Origin: Candidatus Fervidifonticultor quintus
Lineage (GTDB): Bacteria > Sysuimicrobiota > Sysuimicrobiia > Sysuimicrobiales > Humicultoraceae
Assembly: GCA_031459535.1 (NCBI GenBank)
Contig: JAVKIJ010000001.1
Coordinates: 32,001 to 96,000 of the forward strand
Direction: 5' to 3'
Length of the DNA: 64,000 bases
Shown here one piece after another: positions 57,183 through 64,000 of this stretch. Numbering within the stretch: the stretch's first letter is position 1; each line of letters starts with the position of its first letter. Below the pieces are notes generated by a model, which ran no database searches, was not told the DNA's origin, and saw only the letters and a list, made by a program, of their open reading frames with translations. The position numbers were made by a program, and so were the translations under genes.

Positions 57183-58037
57183 CTACCGCGGCAACATCCG
57201 ACGCAGATCGACCCCGCGGGAGAGTGCGAACGCCAAGGCCAGCAGCATCCCTGCAAACCCGATCAGCAGCGTCGAGAGTGCGGCGATGGTCGGGTCCTGC
57301 CACTTCTCCATGTAGAGGAACATCTCGATCGGCAGGGTGTTGTTCTCGCCCCGGGTGAGGAAGATCGAGCTCTCCACCTGATCAAAAGAGACGATGAAGG
57401 CGAACAGGGCGCTGATGACCAGGCCCGAACGGATCTGCGGCAGGACGATGCGCCACAGCACCGTGACGGCCGACGCGCCCAGGTCTTGAGCCACTTCCTC
57501 CAGTGAGACGTCAAGCCCGACCAGGTTGGCGGCCAGAATGTTGATGACGAAGGGCAGCACCACGATGGTGTGGGCCAGGGTGATGGGCACAATCCCGCCC
57601 TGCATGCCCAGGCGGGCGAAGAAGATGAACCACCCCACGCCCAGCACGATCTTGGGCATGACGATCGGCGACAGGAGGAAGCCGCGGAGCGGCTCTTTGC
57701 CCGGGAATCTGGCGCGCACCAGAGCCAGGGCGCACAGCAGGCCCGAGACCAGGGCCAGCGTCGTGGCCAGCAGGCCGATGACCACACTGCGCAGGAACGC
57801 CGCTCGAAACGCCCCCTGCTGGAGCAGGTGGCTGTACCAGCGCAGCGACAGCCCCGGCGGCGGGAAGACGCCGTAGGCGACGCTGCTGAACGAGTAGATG
57901 ACCACGATGGCGAGCGGCAGCAGAATGAACCCCACGCCCACGGCCAGGGTGGCACGCAGCAGGGCCGTGCGGATGGTTTCGGCCCGGGCTTCTTGCGCCT
58001 CGATGCGAGCCTCCCCCATGGCTGCCCCGGCGTTCAT
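57183..58037 (-). CDS. ABC transporter permease (PotC-like)
   Basis: PPGLSLRWY, LSPIVMPKIV, SLEEVAQDLGA, FIVSFD. Confidence 0.9.
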   Translation of the reverse strand: MNAGAAMGEARIEAQEARAETIRTALLRATLAVGVGFILLPLAIVVIYSFSSVAYGVFPPPGLSLRWYSHLLQQGAFRAAFLRSVVIGLLATTLALVSGLLCALALVRARFPGKEPLRGFLLSPIVMPKIVLGVGWFIFFARLGMQGGIVPITLAHTIVVLPFVINILAANLVGLDVSLEEVAQDLGASAVTVLWRIVLPQIRSGLVISALFAFIVSFDQVESSIFLTRGENNTLPIEMFLYMEKWQDPTIAALSTLLIGFAGMLLALAFALSRGVDLRRMLPR

Positions 58038-58894
58038 CGGGACGCCTCGATGCTGGGGAGCCTGCGCAAGAGGGCGTTCAGGGCCCAGACTGCCGCGACC
58101 GACATCAGCAGCAGCGCGAGGCCCGTGACGGCGCCGCTCGGCCAGTTGATTTCCACCGTGTTGTTGTAGACTGCAAGCGGCATCACCTGGACCCGGCCCC
58201 CTCCCAGTAGCCGCGGCGTGACAAAGGCGGAGAGGGCCAGGGTGAAACAGATCAGCGCGCCCGCGACGACACCCGGCATGGTGAGGGGCAGGGTGATGTG
58301 CCGGAAGGTCTCCCACCAGCCTGCGCCCAGATCCCGGGCGGCTTCTTTCAGCGAGATTTCCAGCCTCCCCATGACACTGTAGATGGGGAAGATGGCGAAC
58401 GGCAGCAGAATGTGCGTCAGGCTGATCACGACCCCCGTGGCGTTGAAGAGCAGGCTGAGCGGCTGGCCGATGACGCCCGTCCGCAGCAGGACCGTGTTGA
58501 CCAGCCCCTGCCCGGCCAGCAGGATGAACCACCCGTAGGTGCGGACTACGACGCTCACGACCAGGGGCGAGAAGATCAGCAGGGACACCACCGCGCGAGC
58601 CGCAGGGCTGGAGACGCGGGTGTGCAGGGCATAAGCGATCGGATAGCCGATCAACAGCGCCAGGCCGGTGACGATGGACGACAGGCGGATCGACTCACCG
58701 ATGATCTTGTAGGAGAACGGGTCCGTAAAGTACTCGACGTAGGTCCTCAGCGTCCAGACGGGCAGGATCCGGCCATCCTTGAACAGGTGGAAGCTGTTGA
58801 TGAGGTAACTGCCGAGCGGGATGACATAGAGGAGCACCATCAGCACCACCGCGGGTGCCAGCAGCCCCAGGGCGACGGGGCCGCGAATCCTCAT
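58034..58894 (-). CDS. ABC transporter permease (PotB-like)
   Basis: IGYPIAY, SVVVRTYGW, EAARDLGA, FVTPRLLGG. Confidence 0.9.
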   Translation of the reverse strand: MRIRGPVALGLLAPAVVLMVLLYVIPLGSYLINSFHLFKDGRILPVWTLRTYVEYFTDPFSYKIIGESIRLSSIVTGLALLIGYPIAYALHTRVSSPAARAVVSLLIFSPLVVSVVVRTYGWFILLAGQGLVNTVLLRTGVIGQPLSLLFNATGVVISLTHILLPFAIFPIYSVMGRLEISLKEAARDLGAGWWETFRHITLPLTMPGVVAGALICFTLALSAFVTPRLLGGGRVQVMPLAVYNNTVEINWPSGAVTGLALLLMSVAAVWALNALLRRLPSIEASR

Positions 58895-60021
58895 TCGTTG
58901 GGTACCGCCACGGCCTGCCTGGGATCCCAGTGGGCGGCGACGACCTGATCGATATCGTAGAGGGGGGTGTCGCTCGCATAGGGCACGGTCGCATGGAGGC
59001 GTAGCCCATCGGCCAGCAGTCGGTACTTGACCACGTGGCCGGAGAAGGCTCGCTCTTCGATGCGGGCGAGCACGGCGCCGGGGGCGCCCGGCGCCGTCTC
59101 CAGGCGCACCCGCTCCGGGCGCACACAGACGGTGAGCGACTGCCCGACCCGCTCCCACCCCTGGCGTCTGGCTCGCACCAACCGCTGGCCGGCCCGGACG
59201 GTGATGGTAGCCCCCTCATCGAGGCTCTCCACGGTGCCGTCGATGAGGTTCGCGTCCCCGATGAAGTTGGCGACGAAGCGGGTGGTGGGACGCTCGTAGA
59301 TCTCCATGGGCGATCCCACCTGGTAGAGGCGGCCGCCGTCCATGACACCGATCCGGTCGCTCATCGCCAGCGCTTCACCCTGGTCGTGGGTCACGTAGAT
59401 GAACGTGGTCCCGAGCTCACGTTGGAGGCGCTTCAGTTCCTCCTGCATCTGCAGCCGCAGCTTCAAGTCCAGTGAGGAGAGCGGCTCGTCGAGGAGCAGG
59501 ACCCGGGGCCGGTTGACCAGGGCCCTGGCCAGGGCGACCCGCTGCTGCTGGCCGCCCGAGAGTTCCGCGATTCGACGGCTCGCCAGGCCCGGCATCTGCA
59601 CCAGGTCCAGCGCCTCACCGACGCGATGCCTGATCAAGGCCTCGGGCATCCTCTTCATGCGTAGCCCGAAGGCCACGTTGTCGAAGACCGTATAGTGCGG
59701 GAACAGGGCCAGCCGCTGGAAGACCATGTTGGTCGCCCGGCGGTTCGGCGGGGTGCGCCCCATCACCTGACCGTCGATGCGGACCTCGCCCTCGTCCACG
59801 TGCTCGAAGCCACCGATGATCCGCAGCGTCGTGGTCTTCCCGCATCCAGACGGCCCGAGCAGCGAGAAGAACTCCCCCGCCTGCACCGCAAAGGAGACCG
59901 ACCGGACGGCCGTCACCGGTCCGAACCGCTTGGTGATCTCCCGGACCTCGACGCCGGCGCCGTGGGCGCCGGGTGTGTCCGCGCAGACCGCTACAGCCGC
60001 GACTTGACTTCCTTCTCCCAC
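58891..60021 (-). CDS. ABC transporter ATP-binding protein (PotA-like); start uncertain
   Basis: GPSGCGKTT, LSGGQQQR, LLLDEP, YVTHDQ, TOBE-like tail. Confidence 0.92.
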   Translation of the reverse strand: MGEGSQVAAVAVCADTPGAHGAGVEVREITKRFGPVTAVRSVSFAVQAGEFFSLLGPSGCGKTTTLRIIGGFEHVDEGEVRIDGQVMGRTPPNRRATNMVFQRLALFPHYTVFDNVAFGLRMKRMPEALIRHRVGEALDLVQMPGLASRRIAELSGGQQQRVALARALVNRPRVLLLDEPLSSLDLKLRLQMQEELKRLQRELGTTFIYVTHDQGEALAMSDRIGVMDGGRLYQVGSPMEIYERPTTRFVANFIGDANLIDGTVESLDEGATITVRAGQRLVRARRQGWERVGQSLTVCVRPERVRLETAPGAPGAVLARIEERAFSGHVVKYRLLADGLRLHATVPYASDTPLYDIDQVVAAHWDPRQAVAVPNE

Positions 60022-61064
60022 CGCACACGCCACTCGCTGGCCTTCTGGCCCATGGTTGCCCAGTCCAGCCAGATCGCCGAGTCGAGCAGTCGGGGATTCA
60101 GGATGTTCCTCACCGTTTCCGACACCTCGGCCTCGGGCAGCGACGGGATGCCGAAGGTCAGGCGCGCGTACCGCGCGTTGTTCTCGGGCAGCAGCAGTTC
60201 GTTGACAATCTCCTCGGCCACCCTGATCTGCTCCGGGGTGCTTCCCTTGACGATCTGCAGGTAGATCGGAAACGCCACGACCCCTTCCTTGGGGACAGAG
60301 AAGCCCAGTGGCGCGCCGTCCATCTCCCAGTACTTCCAGATGCTGGTGAACCAGGGGGCAACCCACGCCTCGCCCGTGACCAGCAGCTGCAGCAACTGGT
60401 CGTTGCTGTTGGCCAGCGCCCGGATGTTCTTGGCGTTCTCGGTCCAGACCTTGAAGCCTGGATCGATGTTTGTCTCGCTGCCGTTGTGGAAGCGCGCGGC
60501 CAGGACCAGGGGGATGAAGTTGTTGTCGAAGATCGTCACCTTACCCCGCCACTTCGGGTCCCACAGCGCGGTCCAGGATGTGGGCGGTTCTTTGACCAGG
60601 TTCTTGTTGTACATGAGGCCGACCCCGCTGATGCCGTATCCGATGCCGCGGTTGCCCGGACGGCGCAGGGTCCTGTGGACGCGGGTCATGTTGGGGATCC
60701 GGGCGGGATTCATGGCGATCCACATGTCGTCGGCGTCGCCGCGGTTGCTGATATCCACGTTGAAGTAGCCGAAGTTGATCAGCGGTTTGTTGGGATCGAC
60801 CTGCTTTGCCGCGATCATGCGGGGGTAGGTCACCGCGTTGTTCGACTCCCAGAACTCGATCTCTACCTCCGGGTGCGCTCGCAGATAGCGGGCTACGACC
60901 TCACGGGGCACCACGCCCTGGTTGGAGCCGGCCCAGATGAACATGGTAAGCTTCACCTTGGGGGCTGCGCTGACCGGGGGGAGCGTGAACGCGCCCACGG
61001 CCAGGCCGGCGGCCACTGCCAGGGTCAAGAGCGCTCGACGAGACGGCGCGCGGACCACTCTCAT
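59991..61064 (-). CDS. ABC transporter substrate-binding protein (PotD/polyamine-opine-like)
   Basis: SRRALL signal peptide; GLMYNK..PPTSWTALWDPKWRGKV, PKEG. Confidence 0.88.
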   Translation of the reverse strand: MRVVRAPSRRALLTLAVAAGLAVGAFTLPPVSAAPKVKLTMFIWAGSNQGVVPREVVARYLRAHPEVEIEFWESNNAVTYPRMIAAKQVDPNKPLINFGYFNVDISNRGDADDMWIAMNPARIPNMTRVHRTLRRPGNRGIGYGISGVGLMYNKNLVKEPPTSWTALWDPKWRGKVTIFDNNFIPLVLAARFHNGSETNIDPGFKVWTENAKNIRALANSNDQLLQLLVTGEAWVAPWFTSIWKYWEMDGAPLGFSVPKEGVVAFPIYLQIVKGSTPEQIRVAEEIVNELLLPENNARYARLTFGIPSLPEAEVSETVRNILNPRLLDSAIWLDWATMGQKASEWRVRWEKEVKSRL

Positions 61065-61166
61065 CAGAGACCTCCTCTTTCCCTTCACGGGATTTGGCAC
61101 CGGTTTCTACGCTGGAATTCGCAATCCTGCAGGGCCGCGCGGCAGCGGCGAGGCCAGGAGGCCGTC

Positions 61167-61220
61167 TTGACGGCGGCGAGACTTCTTTATAGGCTTTGTT
61201 ATAACGCAATTCAAAAGTTC
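61167..61220. promoter_or_regulatory. Divergent promoter/operator region between the ABC operon and the ROK regulator
   Basis: TTGACG and an AT-rich block CTTTGTTATAACGCAATTCAAAAG with loose dyad symmetry resembling ROK operators. Confidence 0.4.
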
Positions 61221-61233
61221 CGCTCCGGGGGCG

Positions 61234-62448
61234 GTGCCGGGAGTGCCACGGTCTGGGGCCAAGCCGCAATCGCGGGTGCGCACCCGCCGTCCGTCTCCCG
61301 AGCTGTTCGCCGGCTCCCTGGCCGTGCTTGGCGCACTGCGCGGGCGCACCTGCTCCGTCGCTGAGCTCGAACGGGCCACCGGCTTGAGCCAGCTCACGGT
61401 CCGCCGCCACGTCTCGGCACTCGCCGGGTTGGGGCTGGTGGCGCCGGCCGGGTTCGGTCGGTCGAACGGCGGCCGGCAGCCACGCCTCTTCACGCTGGTC
61501 TCAGACAGCCGTCTGGCGGTGGCCATGCACCTCCAGTTTCCCGGTGCCAGCGTGGCCACTGTCGGGCTGGACGGCACCATCGCCGCGACACGCCACGTGC
61601 CGGCAGACGGCGGTGAGGACCCCGTCACCGTGCTGGACCGGCTTGCCGCTGCCGCGCGGTCCCTCGTGCGGCGGGTGCCCGAGGGACGGCTGATCGGCGT
61701 TGGCGTGGCCCTGCCTGGGTACGCGGACCTTCCCCGGGGGATCGCGCTGCGCATCGGCCGGGCGCCGGCCTGGCGGGACGTCCCTGTCACCGACACCCTG
61801 TCCCGGTGCCTGGGGCTTGCGACCTTGCTGGTGCACGACACCGCGGCCATGGCGCTCGCCGAGTCCGAGGTGGGGGACGCGCGCGGGCAGCGGCACTTCG
61901 CGTTCGTCCTGGCTGAAGAGGGCGTCAGTGCCGGACTGTTCCTGGAAGGGACCGTCTATCAAGGCGCGTTCGGCAATGCTGGCCTCCTCGGCCACATGAC
62001 GGTCCGGCCAGCCGGCCGTCTCTGCCTCTGCGGCAGCGCGGGGTGCGTGGAAGCCTACGCCTCAGCGCGCGCCCTGGTGGAGCGGTCCAGGGAGCTCGCT
62101 CCTGAGCTCACCGAGCCGTCGCTGTCGCACCAGGACGTGATCCGGTATGCCCTGTCCGGACGCGAGCCCTTCCGCACCGTGCTCGAGGAGGCCCTGGAGC
62201 TCCTCGGTATCGCCATCGCCAACCTGGCCAAGATCCTGGAGGTCCGCGCGGTCTTCGTGGGAGGCTACCCCGCCAGCCTGCCGGAGGGGGCCCGCCACCG
62301 CGTCTTCGAGGTAGCGCACGCGCACCTGCAGCCGCCGCTGCGGGTCAACTTCGAGGTCCGCTCCAGCCGGGTCCGCGAGGCCGGGCTGATCGGCGCGGCC
62401 ATTCCCGTGATCCGCCGGTTCCTCGGGATGCCGGTCGCCACGCGATGA
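61234..62448 (+). CDS. ROK family transcriptional regulator
   Basis: N-terminal HTH (SVAELERATGLSQLTV), GGRQP, GVALPG, GNAGLLGH, CLCGSAGCVE. Confidence 0.92.
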   Translation: MPGVPRSGAKPQSRVRTRRPSPELFAGSLAVLGALRGRTCSVAELERATGLSQLTVRRHVSALAGLGLVAPAGFGRSNGGRQPRLFTLVSDSRLAVAMHLQFPGASVATVGLDGTIAATRHVPADGGEDPVTVLDRLAAAARSLVRRVPEGRLIGVGVALPGYADLPRGIALRIGRAPAWRDVPVTDTLSRCLGLATLLVHDTAAMALAESEVGDARGQRHFAFVLAEEGVSAGLFLEGTVYQGAFGNAGLLGHMTVRPAGRLCLCGSAGCVEAYASARALVERSRELAPELTEPSLSHQDVIRYALSGREPFRTVLEEALELLGIAIANLAKILEVRAVFVGGYPASLPEGARHRVFEVAHAHLQPPLRVNFEVRSSRVREAGLIGAAIPVIRRFLGMPVATR

Positions 62449-64000
62449 GCGCCGTGGAAGCCGCGCTGGTGAGCTCCGACCGGGTCCGTGCCGGTGCGCA
62501 GACCCGGGTGGAACTGCGGCTGCGGCTGCGCGAGGCGCTGGAGGCCGGGGCGTCGCTGCGCCTGGCCGTGCCGCTGGGTTGGACGCCGCCTGCGCTGGAG
62601 GGCGGGGCCGGGCTGACCCGCTGGCGCGTGTCGGGCCGCGCGATGGTGCTGGGTGAGGTCGTGCGCCGACGCTATCTGCAGTTGAACGTGACCGGTGGCC
62701 GCCTCCGTCGTGACGACGAGATCCTCATCACCTACGGCGCCGGACCAGACGGAGCGGTGGCCCAACCGTGGGTGACCGACGTTTCGGCCGCCTTTGAGGT
62801 GGAGATCTGTCGGCACAGTGAGGGGTCGCACGTCCCAGACTGCTCGGTCCCCGTCATCGTGGACCCCGGCCCGCCCGCGTACCTGCACGTCGTGGCGCCC
62901 TCCGGCGCGTCGCCTGGCGTCGGAGTCCCGATCCGCCTGCGGGTGCTCGACCAGTTCGGCAATCTCTGCCAGGGCTGCACAACCGAAGCGCTGATCGCCG
63001 GGGCGCCGGCTGTCCCCATTCATACCGGGTGTGGCGAAGCATGGCTCACCTTTCCTGCGGAGGGGATCTATCGGGTTGATGCCACCCTGGACGGGCTGGG
63101 GCTGTCGGGCCGCTCGAACCCGTGTCGGGTCGCGCGGGACGCTGTCGGGATCTGGTGGGGGGATCCCCATGTGCACACCACGCTCTCCGACGGCGTGGCG
63201 TCGCCTGAGTTCGCCCTGGCATACGGGCGCGATGTGGCCTGCTTGGACTTCGCCGCCATCACCGACCACGACATCGAGTACCATCACGCCTGGTTCACGC
63301 GGCGGTGCCAGCGTCTGACGGACGAGGCGTGGCTGGCCCTGGCCCAGACTATCGGCCGGTACCGTGCCGACGGACGGTTCGCCGTCCTGCGGGGGTACGA
63401 GTGGACCGGCCGACCGTACGGCGACCGCTGTGTCTACCTGCGCTCCGATGGGACTGCCATGTACCGGTACGAACCTGGTAGCGCCCCCACGCCGGAGGCG
63501 CTGTGGAGGGAGCTGAAGCGCACGGCTCCCCGCGAGGCGCTCGTGGTCCCCCATACCCCTGCATCGGGCTTCATGGGGACGGACTGGACCGAGCACGATG
63601 AGGACCTGGAGACCCTCGTGGAGATCTACTCGATGCATGGAGCGTCAGAGTGCCCCGGCGGGCCGGCCGAGATGACCGGAGCAGTGCCGGGCCGATACGT
63701 CCGGGACGCGCTGGCCCGGGGATACCGGCTGGGGTTCGTGGCCGGAGGCGACATGCATAGCAGCCAGCCGGGCAATCCGTTGCTGGCCTTCGGTCCGTAC
63801 CGCACGCTGCGCTTCAAGCCGGGCCTGACCGCGGTCCTGGCTGATCGCCTCGACGAGGGTACGATCCTGGACGCCATGCGAGAACGGCGCACGTATGCCA
63901 CCACCGGGGCCCGAATCCTGCTGCAGTTCTCGGTGAACGATGTGCCGCTGGGGGGCAGCCTCGTCCCCGGCGCTGGCCGACCGGTCATCGTGCGCGGCCG
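62445..64000 (+). CDS. DUF3604/PHP-like metallohydrolase, 3' truncated (absent from the ORF track)
   Basis: ATGA overlap with the ROK gene; open to the window end; WGDPHVHTTLSDG, LDFAAITDH, GYEWT, VVPH, EIYSMHG, GFVAGGDMH, RRTYATTG. Confidence 0.85.
   Translation, partial: MSAVEAALVSSDRVRAGAQTRVELRLRLREALEAGASLRLAVPLGWTPPALEGGAGLTRWRVSGRAMVLGEVVRRRYLQLNVTGGRLRRDDEILITYGAGPDGAVAQPWVTDVSAAFEVEICRHSEGSHVPDCSVPVIVDPGPPAYLHVVAPSGASPGVGVPIRLRVLDQFGNLCQGCTTEALIAGAPAVPIHTGCGEAWLTFPAEGIYRVDATLDGLGLSGRSNPCRVARDAVGIWWGDPHVHTTLSDGVASPEFALAYGRDVACLDFAAITDHDIEYHHAWFTRRCQRLTDEAWLALAQTIGRYRADGRFAVLRGYEWTGRPYGDRCVYLRSDGTAMYRYEPGSAPTPEALWRELKRTAPREALVVPHTPASGFMGTDWTEHDEDLETLVEIYSMHGASECPGGPAEMTGAVPGRYVRDALARGYRLGFVAGGDMHSSQPGNPLLAFGPYRTLRFKPGLTAVLADRLDEGTILDAMRERRTYATTGARILLQFSVNDVPLGGSLVPGAGRPVIVRG

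Noticed and set aside
1-64000. CRISPR array, cas genes or rRNA
   Set aside because: No regularly spaced repeats, cas motifs or rRNA-like sequence seen

Overview
High-GC bacterial chromosomal window. The left ~37 kb is central metabolism: sdhCD-fumC-sdhAB, mdh, sucC/D, rapZ-yvcK-tryptophanase, a membrane-arm-only complex I cluster (nuoA,H,J,K,L,M,N), a Thermus-type V/A-ATPase operon and gap-pgk-tpiA. A CstR-like persulfide/rhodanese operon, with a probable selenoprotein, sits between tpiA and secG. After tRNA-Leu(GAG) comes an accessory region with two convergent fluoride (crcB-type) riboswitches. One controls a cation:proton antiporter plus Usp. The other controls an uncharacterised six-gene operon: two small coiled-coil proteins, a Zn-binding DUF6062-like protein, a TPR protein and a pair of MutS-domain-V ATPases. 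Next are a decayed IS, a FOR-like tungsten oxidoreductase with MoaD, and a ROK-regulated ABC-uptake/catabolic cluster that runs off the window end. Top leads: the fluoride-riboswitch MutS-pair operon, a 26-aa duplication in the NuoL lateral helix (a 2M-complex hallmark) with only one nuoM present, and a UGA+SECIS-like FmdB protein. All calls are from motif recognition by eye; no searches were run.
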